DNA from: Candidatus Latescibacterota bacterium
Lineage (GTDB): Bacteria > Latescibacterota > UBA2968 > UBA8231
Direction: 5' to 3'
Length of the DNA stretch: 64,000 bases
NCBI GenBank assembly: GCA_965243025.1
Contig: CBDETY010000003.1
Span: 5,984,001-6,048,000 of the forward strand
Shown here: one piece after another, positions 48,288 to 60,600 of the stretch
Layout of the letters: every line of letters begins with the position of its first letter
Numbering within the stretch: position 1 is the stretch's first letter
Position numbers and translations under genes: made by a program
Notes under the pieces: model-generated
Seen by the model: the letters and a program-made list of their open reading frames with translations, nothing else
What the model was told of the DNA's origin: nothing
Database searches by the model: none

Positions 48288-48769
48288 TTTGGGTTCCTCT
48301 CCAGTCAGTGATCGCTGGTATAGTGCTTAAAAGAGCACTTATTCTGCTATGTTGTAGTATTGCCTCCTGCACAAGTCAAAACCTCTTGCACTCAAGGATC
48401 GGTGGTTTGCCCGGGTTCAGCGAGAATGTATGGGTGCGGGAAAGTCGTGGCCCGGTTCATCCGTGCAGGATCGCGCGCCCTTTGCCGAAATACCAGATCA
48501 TGTCGATGCCCGTACGAAATGCCGGGGCCGGGGCGTTGAGTGCCGGATCCCATCCGTGGAAGTCTCGTTTCGGCTGCCAAGAGGAGGGGTCATCGGACCG
48601 GGTACGACGGCCCCTTCTGTCGGTGACCACAAAAGTCAGCTTCCAGACTCGGGGATCAGGCTTGGAAAACCGGGGCCGTGGGACCGAGCAGCGCCCCTTG
48701 TCCGTGAACGGCGGAAATCCAGAGCCGCTCATGGGCATCGGGGTGGCCGATCCACAAAGAGCTCGAAGC

Positions 48770-48840
48770 CCATGTACGACTCGAGGCCCATGTACGAGGG
48801 CCTTTATACATGTACGAGGGCCCCTATAATTGTATAGGGA
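48770..48840. repeat. Short direct repeats, about 20-bp period, upstream of the transposase
   Basis: CATGTACGA at 48771, 48789 and 48809; the last two read CATGTACGAGGGCC(TT/CC)TATA; degenerate fourth copy at 48829. Confidence 0.75.
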
Positions 48841-48949
48841 GCGGGACACCCGTTGCAGCCCCGTTTTCAACCTGCCAGGGCACCGAACGGCTCGCGGGGG
48901 GTCGGTCCCGACCACCCGCTCCCCCCCATTCTCACCAGAAAGGAAACCC

Positions 48950-49933
48950 ATGAAACGATGGAAGCGATTTCTGGGCCGCTGGTCCAAGGCCGGCAGAGGC
49001 CTTGTTCCGGAAGAGCCGGAAAGGAAGGGCCTGTCCCTGATCGAGCTGTTCGCCAGGTTCCCCGACGACACCGCGGCCGAACGCTGGCTTGAAGAAACCC
49101 GGTGGAGCAAGCAAATCCACTGCCCGCATTGCGGATGCTGCGGCATGATCTCCGAATGTCCCGACCGCAGGCCGATGCCCTATCACTGCGGGGATTGCCG
49201 AATGCGGTTTGGCGTGCGCACCGGAACCGTGCTGTCCCACTCCAAGGTGCCCCTGCAGAAATGGGTGATCGCCATCTACCTGCACCTGTCCAGCCTCAAG
49301 GGGGTGTCCAGCCTGAAGTTGCACCGGGACCTCCAGGTAAACCGGAAAACCGCCTGGTTCATGGGCCACCGCATCAGAGAAGCCTGGTCGGACCAGAAAC
49401 CCCTGCGCAGCAAAATCGCCGAGATTGACGAGGCCTATTTCGGCGGCAAGGAGCGCAACAAGCACGCCGAGAAAAAGCTCCACGAAAGGTGGACGGAAGG
49501 AAAGACGGCCGTGGTCGGCATGAAGGACCGCCGCACGGGCAAGGTCGTGGCCGAGGTGATCCCCAACATCGAAAACGACACCCTGCGGAAATTCGCCCGA
49601 AGGCACCTGAGACGGCGGGGGACCCTGTTCAGCGACAGCGCCGCGGCCTATGTCGGGTTCGACTGGCCGAACCGCAACGAGGCGGTGGCCCATTCCCGGG
49701 AAGAATATGTTCGGGGCGATGTCCACACCAACGGCATGGAGTCCTTCTGGGCGGTGATGAAGCGAGCCTACAAGGGGACCTATCACAAAATGTCCCCCAA
49801 GCACCTGCAGCGCTACGTCGACGAGTTTGTCGGCCGGCACAACATCCGCGACAAGGACACCCTGGAGCAGATGGAGGACCTCGTGGCGCGGATGGTGGGG
49901 AAACGGCTGTTGTATCGGGATCTGATCAAATAG
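48950..49933 (+). mobile_element. IS1595-family DDE transposase
   Basis: AAAGGA RBS; CPHCG...YHCGDC; EIDEAYFGG; SDS; HTNGMESFW; GKRLLYRDL. Confidence 0.95.
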
Positions 49934-49938
49934 AAACA

Positions 49939-49986
49939 GCCCTTCGCCGCCCCCCCGCCACTTCGAAGGTGCCGGGGGCTTTTTTG
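49939..49986 (+). terminator. Probable intrinsic terminator
   Basis: GC-rich stem (AGCCC...CTTCG...GGGCT) followed by TTTTTT right after the transposase stop. Confidence 0.55.
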
Positions 49987-50028
49987 TGCTCTTCCCGCAA
50001 CATCAAACCGCTCAAAAAAGGAAACCGC

Positions 50029-50238
50029 ATGGTCGAACATCGCACGGTGGAGATCCAGACCGTAGAGGAATGCACCTTCCTGTCGGGACTTCAGATACCG
50101 GGAATCTCCATTCAAGGCGACCGCCAGGGAGGCGGCACCTACGAAATCATCCTGCCCGCAGGCCGGGCAAGGCAACTCATCGAACTGCTGTCCCGGGAGG
50201 CCGGAGGAAAGACCGCCGGGCGTCCGAAGGACATTTGA
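50029..50238 (+). CDS. Hypothetical protein
   Basis: AAGGA RBS; MVEHRTVEIQ...RARQLIELL. Confidence 0.5.
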   Translation: MVEHRTVEIQTVEECTFLSGLQIPGISIQGDRQGGGTYEIILPAGRARQLIELLSREAGGKTAGRPKDI

Positions 50239-50259
50239 ACGCGAAAGGAGATAATCCTG

Positions 50260-50610
50260 ATGATTCCCAATCCCATCAAAGGCAACGGCGAACAGCGGAA
50301 ACTGCTGGCCGCCCTGAAACCCGTTGTCAAAATCGTCGCCGTGGTCGCGGCCAGGGAAGCGGGGGTGTACCTCTACAAGCTGGCCCTAAACAAGGTCCAT
50401 TCCGAGTGGATCAAGGCCAAGGTCAAGGACAAGCTGAACGTCATCCGCAGGGACTTCGGAAGGGAAACCGATCCCGAGCCCGATATCCAGAACGGCGTGG
50501 ACCCGGAAGGACCCAGCCCGAGAAGTCGGGCTGCCCAGCGCAGAGTGCGGGACGAAACCGGGAAGTTCGTCCGGAAAGACCCACCGCAGGAAGGGGGTGA
50601 TAGCTCATGA
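50260..50610 (+). CDS. Hypothetical protein with a C-terminal RDxxGKF motif
   Basis: AAGGAG RBS; amphipathic N-half; RVRDETGKFV. Confidence 0.55.
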   Translation: MIPNPIKGNGEQRKLLAALKPVVKIVAVVAAREAGVYLYKLALNKVHSEWIKAKVKDKLNVIRRDFGRETDPEPDIQNGVDPEGPSPRSRAAQRRVRDETGKFVRKDPPQEGGDSS

Positions 50611-50690
50611 TGCCAAGATGGTTGGCGATTCTGCTGGAAGTCGCGCTGGAAGTGATTCAGATCGTCCTGAACCACTGGCGCAGCCGGTAG
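50607..50690 (+). CDS. 27-aa hydrophobic peptide, type I toxin-like (not in ORF track)
   Basis: AAGGGGGTGA RBS; MMPRWLAILLEVALEVIQIVLNHWRSR; followed by hairpin GGGTAGGTGCAA-TCCG-TTGCGCCTATCC. Confidence 0.55.
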   Translation: MMPRWLAILLEVALEVIQIVLNHWRSR

Positions 50691-51352
50691 AGGTGCCGAC
50701 CGAGGGGTAGGTGCAATCCGTTGCGCCTATCCTTTAGCCCGGAAAGGGAGAAGGACGGTTTCCGCTGCTGACCAGGCGAGCGTCTGCTGCGCCTGAAGGA
50801 CTCTACCCGACCCCGACGAAGCAGAACTCACCCCACCCGGTTCTGCTCGACCTCATGGGACGGATCCGACGGGCTTGAGCTGATGAGAACCTGCTCAGCG
50901 TGTCCGACGTACCGGTCATCTTCGGGTCCCGGCTACGGGCGTAAAGATCATTTCCCGCCTTCGAGTCGGGGCCGCCGATTTGCCTCCCGAAGCCCTTTCG
51001 CCCCGCCGGGAAGGTGACTTGGGTCCGGGCGGCCTTGCGAAAAGGGGGAGGCGGGAACCCCGACCGGGCCCCGAGAGCTTTGCGGGCACCTCCGGCTGGC
51101 TCTCCCTGGCCTGTCGCTTCCATTACGCAATCATGTGGGGACAAGGCTCGACGCGGCCAGTCCCCGACAGGCGCAGAAACCCATTGCGGTAAGCCGTGTA
51201 CTGATCGGCAGGCAACGGCGGGGGCGGACGGATTACAAAGACATGCCCGGGCGGGGAATGCCAGCGTCCAACGGCATATGGAGCCCCGGTGAGAAGGTGA
51301 GCCGTCGCCAGGGCGCACGATTATGTCCGATATGATGGGTTAAACGAACTAT

Positions 51353-51379
51353 CTATTGGCATGTCCCTATTGGCATGTC
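51353..51379. promoter_or_regulatory. 13-bp direct repeat in the AT-rich upstream region of the FN3 gene (possible operator)
   Basis: CTATTGGCATGTC at 51353 and 51367. Confidence 0.45.
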
Positions 51380-51623
51380 AACGATCCTAAGTAAGGGGCA
51401 TTCTGTCATGGTGTCAAGCCATTTTTCGGTAAGGAAGAGAGTCCCCCCAGAAATTAAGGCGCCGGGGCCGAGCCAAACCCTTTCGAGGCCTCAGACTGCG
51501 CCTGAAAACCTCCATGAAGCCCTCGAGAAGCCCTCGAATGGTTTGATAACCCATCATATGGAAATCTACCCTCGTCCGAACCGTGTGAAGATGCGGTTTT
51601 CTCAAAGGAGAAGGACTGTTCTG

Positions 51624-54600
51624 ATGAAAAATAGCCACCAAGTATCCATGAAATGGTTGCGAGGGGGAATGCTCGTCTTGCTGGCCATTTCGTTTCTCCC
51701 AAGGGGGCTGCAAGCGCAGTTTGCTCCTCCAACAGTGACGGTGAAATCCGGACCGGAGCAGCTCACGGTGGAGTGGAACGAGGTAGAGGGGGCCACCGGC
51801 TACAAGGTGCAGTGGAGGAATTCCTCCACTGAGGCGGATGCGGAAAATACTGACTGGGATGCCAGCCGCCAGGCCATGGAACCCGGGACGAGTAGGAGTA
51901 GTCTCATCGAGGATCTGGACCCAGCCATCACCTACGAAGTGCGGGCTTTCGCCAAAGACATGTACGGTGACTACAGCAATCCTTCGAATGATCCCGATGG
52001 GGACGGTACTCCTATATCTCCACTCACCACTGGCACGCCGGCACCGGGCCAGGTGACGGGCGTGACGGTGACCGTTCCTGCCGCCGCGGGACAGCTCACG
52101 GTGACTTGGGACGGGTTAGATGTCGCCACTAATTACAAGGTACAGTGGAGGGATCCGGATGAGGTAGACTCTTGGGAGGATTTCGAGCCCGACGATGACG
52201 GAACGGACCCGGACAACGAAGAATCGGTGGCCGCGTCGACCTCGGACCCACTCCCAACAACCTATAGCCATACTATTACGGCGACTACTGGAGGTCTGTC
52301 GGCGGAGAACACGTACATAGTGCGGGTGATCGCCACCAACGGCGTCGACACCGAGGCCAGCAACGGCGGCGACGGCACGCCCTCAGACGACGCCACAGGT
52401 AGGCCGAGGCCAGGTCAGGTGAACGGCCCGGGGGATGCTACTGACGATCCTTTGACGGTGGAACCTGGTGAGGGGAAGCTCACCGTGAAGTGGGAGGGGG
52501 TCGAGGGGGCCGATGAATACAAAGTGCAGTGGAAGTCGGGGACGCAGGACTGGGACCCGAGCAACCGCCAAGGCATGGAGGACCAGGACGCAACCAGTCA
52601 TGAGATTACGGGTCTGACGGCGGGCACCGAGTACACGGTGCGGGTGTTCGCCACTAACGGCGACGACACCGACGCCAGTGACGGCGGCGACGGTACCCCC
52701 TCAGTGGAAGCCACAGGCACGCCGCAGCCGGGCCAGGTAACGGGGGTGACGGTGACCTCCGACGCGGCGGCGGAGCTTACGGTATCGTGGACGGCGGTTT
52801 CTGGAACTGGAATTGAATACAAGGTGCAGTGGAGGGATGCGACTAGTGTTACCTCTTGGGATGATTTCACACCCACCGACGGCACCAACCAAGCAACGGC
52901 GACCGCAACGAGCTATACGATTTCTCCTTCAACGCCTCTGACGGTGGGCACCGAGTACACGGTGCGGGTGATTGCCACACACGATGCGGCCGCAGCTGCG
53001 GTCGAGGACGTTTTTCTAGCCGACGGCACGCCTTCAGAGGACGCCACAGGCACCCCGAGGCCGGGCCAGGTGCAGAACTTGGCGCAGAACCCCGCCCCGG
53101 CCAGCGCCCTACCGGGGGAGGTTACGGTAACATGGGACCGGTTGATAGGGGCAGATAGCTACACGGTGCAGTGGAAGTTGGCGACGGAGGTGAATTACGA
53201 CGGGACCCGCCTAGCCACGATCGACCAGACCCCCACTGGGGAGAATCCTTCCCATAGGATTACGGGGCTGGGGAGCGCCGCCCACACGGTGCAAGTGTAT
53301 GCCACAAACAATGATGAGCAGGATGGCGCGCAGGATGGTGCGCCTCTGGAACTTTCTGTAACCCCGGGAACCCCGGGGAACAACCAGGTAACGGGCGTGA
53401 CGGTGACTCCCGGCTCGCAGCAGCTCACGGTGGAGTGGGTCGCGGTCACCGGGGCCACTGAATACAAGGTGCAGTGGTGGAAGGGAGACGACGCAACATT
53501 CGATGCTGCTGATGATGATGAAAAAGGCGATGTCACGGGGATTCGGGGTACACGGTATACGATCAGGAGCCTGGATGAGGACACCGAGTACATGGTCCAG
53601 GTGATTAACGGGGAGGATGATGGAACAGCCTCCCCAGTGACCGATCAGTGGACCAAGCCGGGTCAGGTGACGGGCGTGACCGCGGAGGCCACTTCCGGCC
53701 AGACCGGACAGCTCACGGTGGGTTGGACTGTAGCCACCACCGTGGGGACGAGGACCGACGGCGGCTACAAGGTGCAGTGGAGAACGGGGTCAGAGAATTG
53801 GGACCCCGACAGCCGTCAAGTCGATGTGACCGGTGCGAGTGCGACGGGGACGACGATTGGCGATGAAACGCCTGCTTCGGACATGCCTTTGGGGGGCACT
53901 CTCTACCGAGTGCGGGTGATCGCCTACAATGATGGCGGCGACGGTGACCCCTCGGGCGAGGCCAGAGCAACGCCGTTGGCGGCCCAGGTAGCAACCCCGA
54001 CGGTGACTCCCGGCCCGGAGGAGCTCAAGGTGGTGTGGGTCAAGGCAAATGGGGCCTATAGGTACAAGGTGCAGTGGACGACGGAATCAGGTTTCACAGG
54101 TTTCACAGCCACTGAAGGCACCAACCAAAAAACGGTGACCGACGATAACCCGGAATTTACGCCGGAATTTACGATTGAGGGTCTGACGGGGGGGACCCCG
54201 TACCAGGTGCGGGTGATCGCCGAAAACGAAAGCGGCACGGCGGCCGAGGGGACCGTGAACGCGACATCAGGCACGCCGGCGCCGGGCATGGTGGGAACTC
54301 TGACGGTGACTGCCGGCTCGGAGCAGCTCACGGTGGAATGGGATGCGGTCACGGGCGCCACCAGCTACAAGGTGCAGTGGAGGGTTCCGGATGAGAACGC
54401 TTCTTGGGGTGCGGATGATTTCACAGCCGCCGAAAACGACAACCAAGCAACGGTGACCGGGAGCCCACTGCCAACGAGCTATACGATTTCTCCTACCTCT
54501 ACACCAGCGGCTACATCGGCTCTGTCGGCGGACACTGAGTACACGGTGCGGGTGGTCCCCGTAGTAGGCACTGTGGACGGCACCCCCTCAGCCGACGCCA

Positions 54601-57600
54601 CAGGCAGGCCGGCGCCAGGCCAGATTGAGGACGACACTGGCACTTCTGATGTCGATGAGGGTGTAACGGTGACCCCCCTGGAGGGAGCGCTCAAGGTATC
54701 CTGGGGGGAAGTCTCGGGAGCTACGGGTTACACGGTGCAGTGGAAGTCGGGGAGTGACCCGTACTCGAGGAATAACCAAGCTGACCTCAGCGAAACCGAA
54801 CGTGAGATCACGCCTCTGACGGCGGGCGTCCAGTACACGGTGCGGGTGTTCGCCTACAACGGCGACGCCAGCGACGCTAGCGACGGTGGCGTCGGCCCGT
54901 CCTCAGACGAGGCCACAGGCACGCCGCAGCCGGGCCAGGTAACGGGGGTGACGGTGACCTCCGACGCGGCGGCGGAGCTTACGGTATCGTGGACGGCGGT
55001 TTCTGGAACTGGAATTGAATACAAGGTGCAGTGGAGGGATGCGACTAGTGTTACCTCTTGGGATGATTTCACACCCACCGACGGCACCAACCAAGCAACG
55101 GCGACCGCAACGAGCTATACGATTTCTCCTTCAACGCCTCTGACGGTGGGCACCGAGTACACGGTGCGGGTGATTGCCACACACGATGCGGCCGCAGCTG
55201 CGGTCGAGGACGTTTTTCTAGCCGACGGCACGCCCTCAGACGACGAAACAGGCATCCCGAGGCCGGGCCCGGTGCAGACCCTGGCGGTGGCTACCTCACC
55301 AGCTAACGGCTGGGCGGCCACGGTAACCTGGGACCGGCTCACCGGGGCAGATAATGGATACATAGTGCAGTGGAAATTGGCGACGGAGGTGAATTACGAC
55401 CGGACCCGCCAGGCCACGGAGCCCCAGACTGAGGAGACTCAGACCACTGTCACCCATAGGATTACGGGACTGACGGCGGGCACTGCGTACACGGTGCAGG
55501 TTTACGCCACAAACGATGGAGGCCATGGGCCGGCTACGTCACCAGCCGCGAACCACCCTTTCACCCCGGTTGCCTCGACAGGCAACCAGGTGGTGGGGGT
55601 GATGGTGACGGCGGGCTCGGAAGAGCTTACGGTAACGTGGGACAGGGTCCCGGGAGCCACTGGATACAAGGTGCAGTGGAATAGTGATGGTACTTACGAC
55701 GACTTAACCGTTGATACTGATGATCCTGACGACAGAACAGCCGATGCGTCCGGGACCAGTTATACGATAACGGGTCTGACGGGGGGAACCACCTACAATG
55801 TTCAGGTGATTGCTGTTGTGGGCGGGGAGAATCAATCACCCTCAGCCACCGGGTCCACAGGCATACCGAAGCCGGGCAAGGTTACGATAAAGGCGGTGAG
55901 ACTCGGCGAGGGGACCCTCAATGTGTCGTGGGATGAGGTCACGGGAGTCACTGGATACACGGTGCAGTGGAGGGAGGATTCGCAGCAGTACAGCTCCCGG
56001 TCAAGGATGAAACAACCCACCCCCGCCACAGCTACGCAGATAGAATTAGATATGGATGACCTGCGTGGTCCTGGCCAACTGATGCCTTCGGGTCAGAAGT
56101 ACTGGGTGCAGGTTTACGCCACAAACGCTTCGGGTGATGGCCCGACTTCAGACGAAGTCGCAGGCACCCCGTTGCCGGGCAAGGTGGACGACACGGATGA
56201 GAATCGCGGCCCTGTGACGGTTACTCGCGGGCCGCAGCAGCTCGAGGTGGGGTGGGATGCCGTCCCGGGAGCCACGGGCTACACGGTGCAGTGGAAGTCG
56301 GGGAGCCAGGATTTCGACAACTTGCTCGATAGTGATGATGCGGCCGACACCAGAACGGCGCGCTTGGGAGTTGTGTCCAGTTATACGATTGAGAATCTGA
56401 TCGCAGGCACCCAGTACACGGTGCAGGTTTTCGCTTCCAACGCGGGCGGGTTGGGGGCGGCTTCGGATCTGCAAAGAGGCACCCCAGCACCGGGCACGGT
56501 GACGGGGGTGACGGTGACTGCCGGCTCGGGGGCGCTCACGGTATCGTGGACGGCGGTCCCGGGGGCGGCTGGATACAAAATCCAGTGGAAGTCGGGTTCA
56601 GAGGAGTACGACCCGGCAACCCGCGAAGGCCGGAGGACGGGTCTGAGTTACACCATCGAAAGCCTTTCGGCGGACACCGAGTATACGGTGCAGGTGATCG
56701 CCACCCTGGACCTGAGCAACTCCAACACCCCGGAGACAGACGACAGCGCTCCCTCAGACGAAGCCACAGGTACTCCGTTGCCGGGCAAGGTGGCAAGCGT
56801 GAATGTGGTGGCCGGGGCGGAGAAGCTCCTGCTGTCGTGGGACGAGGTTACCGGGGCCGACGGCTACACGGTGCAGTGGAGGTCGGGTCAGCAGACGTTC
56901 GCGGATGCCGCAACCGACAACCGCGAAGCCACGGATATTACGGGGACGAGGTATACGATTGAGGGTCTGACGGCGGACCCCGCGACCCAGTACACGGTGC
57001 AGGTGATCGCCTACAATGCGAGCGGCAACGGCGATCCTTCAGACGAAGCAACAGGCACTCCGGTGCCGGTGGCTGAGGGCCAGGTCGCGAACGTGATGGT
57101 GGACCCCGGCCCGGAGCGGCTCGCGGTATCGTGGAGCATGGTCCCGGGCGCCACCGGCTACAAGGTGCAGTGGAAGTCGGGATCGGAGACGTTCGCGAAT
57201 GCGGCAACCGACGACCGCGAAGAAGAAGTGACCGGTTTGAGCTATACGATTCCGGATCTGGAACCGGACACCGAATACACGGTACGGGTAATAGCTGTCC
57301 TTTCCACGGGCGACGGACCGGATTCGGATGAGGCCTTCGGGACTCCGACGGATCGTCTGGGCCAGGTCGCGAACGTGATGGTAACTCCCGGCCCGTACCA
57401 TCTCTCCGTAGCATGGGACGAGGTCACGGGCGCCACCGGCTACAAGGTGCAGTGGAAGTCGGGGGACGAGGACTACGACGAAACGAACCGCCAAGCGCTG
57501 ATTGAAGTCGGCGACGACCCTGGCTTCAGTCATACTTCGATTGGCCTTGGCGGTCGGACGGCAGGCATCGAATACACAATTCAGGTGATTGCTACAATAA

Positions 57601-60600
57601 TCGAGACCGGAGACGCCGACGATGGACCGGCTTCCGCTCCGGCCACGGGCACTCCGCAGCCGGGCCAGGTAACCAACGTGCGGGCTGCCGGCGTAGAAGC
57701 CCTCACGGTATCCTGGAAGGCAGTCCCTGACGCCACGATGTATAGAGTTTATTGGAAATCGGGCACGCAGGATTTCGACGCCTCCCGCCTAGCCGAGGTG
57801 ACCAGCGGTACACGCCATGTGATTCCGAATCTGACGGTAGGCACCCAGTACACGGTGTTTGTGGTTGCCGGCGTGGCCTCCGTCTACGGACAACCTTCAG
57901 ACGAAGTCACAGGCACGCCGACCCGGCGGCGACCATCTACACCATCAACACCCTCTACACCCACTCCTCAGCCGCCAACAACGCCGCCTGCGCAACCTAC
58001 GACGCCGCCTGTCACCAGTGCGCCCAAAGACCCGAAACCGGGCAAGGTAGTGCTCTCGTCGGTGAAGGCGGGAGCAGAAGGCGGTCAGCTTGCGGTGAAG
58101 TGGCGGGTGATGGCCAAAGCATCCGGATACAAGGTGCAGTGGAAGTCGGGAGACCAGGATTTCTCCTCGTCTCGCCAGGCCAGAGTAAGCGGAATGCTGG
58201 CGGTCAACCACGTCATTGGCGATCTGGACTATACAATCGAACACATGGTACGGGTCATCGCCTATAACCAGCACGGGGACGGCCCGCCTTCGGATAGCCG
58301 CGAGGCAACTCCGAAGCGCGGCGTACCCAAGAACAACCTCGCCATAGAAGATCCGGACGAGGCTCGCACCGTCGGTCAGGCCATTTCCCTGACGGTATCG
58401 GTGGCTGAGGAAGGCGCTCATGTCCTCGAAGTAACCGGAGGCCGGGGCGTCACGCTGAGCGGAGACGGGGTAACCGATCAGGGCGGCGGCTCGGCTCAGT
58501 TGGATGCGGACTCCTGGTCTGAAGGACAGCGCACCGTCGTCCTGAACGACACGGTAGGTCCGGACGTACTGTCCATCGTGCTCCGCAACACGGACGGTGA
58601 TTCCCTGGCCGGGCTCTCCGGGATCATGTACAACCCGGGCGAGGCCAGTCAGTTGGTGGTCACCGGATTGCCGGATACGCTGGCCGTAGGCCGGGCGTAC
58701 CGGGGCCAGGTTTCCGCTACGGATTCGTACGGTAACGTCCGCACCGAGGACCGCGAGGTCACCATATCCACCGATGCGAGGAACGTCAGTTCGTCCTCCC
58801 CGGTGGAGCTGGAGGAGGGTACCGGCGGATTCTGGGTACGCAGCGACGAGGTACCGGCCACGGCTCTGGTGCTGACGTTCGAGGATTCGGAGGACAGCGA
58901 TCTGAGCAGTTCGGTATCGGTGACGGTGCGGCCGTTGGATGCACCGGATCGAGTGGTCGCCGCCGACAACCCGGGTGATGAGGGCGGATTCGTCCTGCTC
59001 ACCTGGGATCTGTCCGACGATCATTCCATACTGGACACGTACCGCATCTTCCGGGGTGAGGGTTCGGCCAGAGAATGGGGGAGCGTCGCCGCCGCTCCCG
59101 GCGCTACGGAAGGCCGGGCAGTAGTAGCCACCCTGGACACGATGTCCTCTGTATGGGGCGTCCTGGGCCAGATCGGCGGCAGCAGCATGATGGACGATAT
59201 GGCCTGTATGGCCGACATCGTCGTGACCGGATCGGACGTGGACGGACTGGAGGTACTGGTCTGGCGCACCGGCTCGGGGAACCGGGTCAGTTCGCCCCGG
59301 TCTTCCAACATCCTCTGGAAAGGCACCACGGACGCCACCGGGCAGGTCAGCCTGAGTGTCAACAACTCGGGTCGCACCAGCTCCTATGCCGCCACCGCCC
59401 GCAGGGACGGTGAGTTGGTAGCCAGCTGGCGCGGTATACAGCTGACTCCGTCCGACTGTCCCAGTCTCGAACTGGCCATCGGGGGCGAGGCCACGGTAGG
59501 CGGAGCGACCGACCAGCGACCGAGCGTCGTTCTGATGTCGTCGATTACGCAGTCGGGTTCGGCTCGCGCCCTCGACAACACGCCGCCGGCTGCGGCGGGG
59601 TCCTTCCGGGCCGTGGATGTCCCCGACGACGACGGAGGCCAAATCCAGTTGTCGTGGACCGAGTCGGCCTCGGACGTCTCGATAACCCGCTCCGTCGAGG
59701 GCGCCGTAGGTCCGGTAACCTCGGACATGAGCCGCGGCGTGGTGGGCTATCGTATCTACCGGGAGGAGGCCGAAGGGTTTGCTCTCCTCGGGACGGTCGG
59801 TCCCGGTGTCACCGGGTTCGTGGATACGACGGCCATCACCGGAATACGGTTCACCTACGTCGTCTCCGCCTTCGATCAGGACAACGAGACCGTATCGGAG
59901 GAGGAGGAAGCCATGTCCATCCGCAACCGCGAGGAAGACGTCAACGGCAAGCTCATCCAGGGCTTGTTCGGGGCGGACAAGACCGTCGGCTTCGACGACT
60001 ACTTCCACTTCGCCGATCACTACGGTTCGTCGGTGGAGGATACGGAATGGGAACCGGCCTTCGATCTGGCCGCCAAACAGGCCGTGGACATCGACGGATA
60101 CAACGTATTCGCCGAGAACTTCGGCCGTCAGACCGCTTCGGCCGCCAAGGTCATCCCGCTCGAGCCCGGCCGGAACGAACAGACCCGGCTGGACTTCTTC
60201 GGCGGCGTACCGCTTCCGCGAGTCGGTGAAGAGTTCGTCCTGACCCTGCACCTGAGCGACTTCGGTCTGCTCAAGGGCTACGGCTTCCAGGTCGAGTTCG
60301 ACGGCGAGGAGCTGGAGGTGGTTCGCGCCGTAGCCGCCGATAACGGCCTCGGGGAGGGCATCCTCGCCAACCCGCAAGTCCTGGCCGTAGCGGAGGGGAA
60401 ACAAGCCATCGTCGCCTACGGAGACGAAGTGTCCGAAGGCACCGTGGCGGTGGAGTTGGTGTTCCGCGCCCTGCGGGAGTTCGAAGACGGTTGGATCAGG
60501 ATCACTGAGGGCCAGGTCAGAGACGGCGCCTTCGCCGTCAATCCCCTGGTCCTGCCGGCCCCGGTGCAGATGGAGACGCTACCTGAGGTCTACGCGCTCG

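Noticed and set aside
44500-50700. Prophage
   Set aside because: No terminase, capsid, tail, lysis or intact integrase genes in the window.
51375-51623. Longer N-terminus for the FN3 protein (and likewise 7303-7665 for the TonB receptor)
   Set aside because: RBS and signal peptide point to 51624. The TonB extension overlaps the metallophosphoesterase gene.
52710-55234. Possible diversity-generating retroelement TR/VR pair
   Set aside because: The copies are identical rather than adenine-mutated, both lie inside one ORF, and no reverse transcriptase is present.
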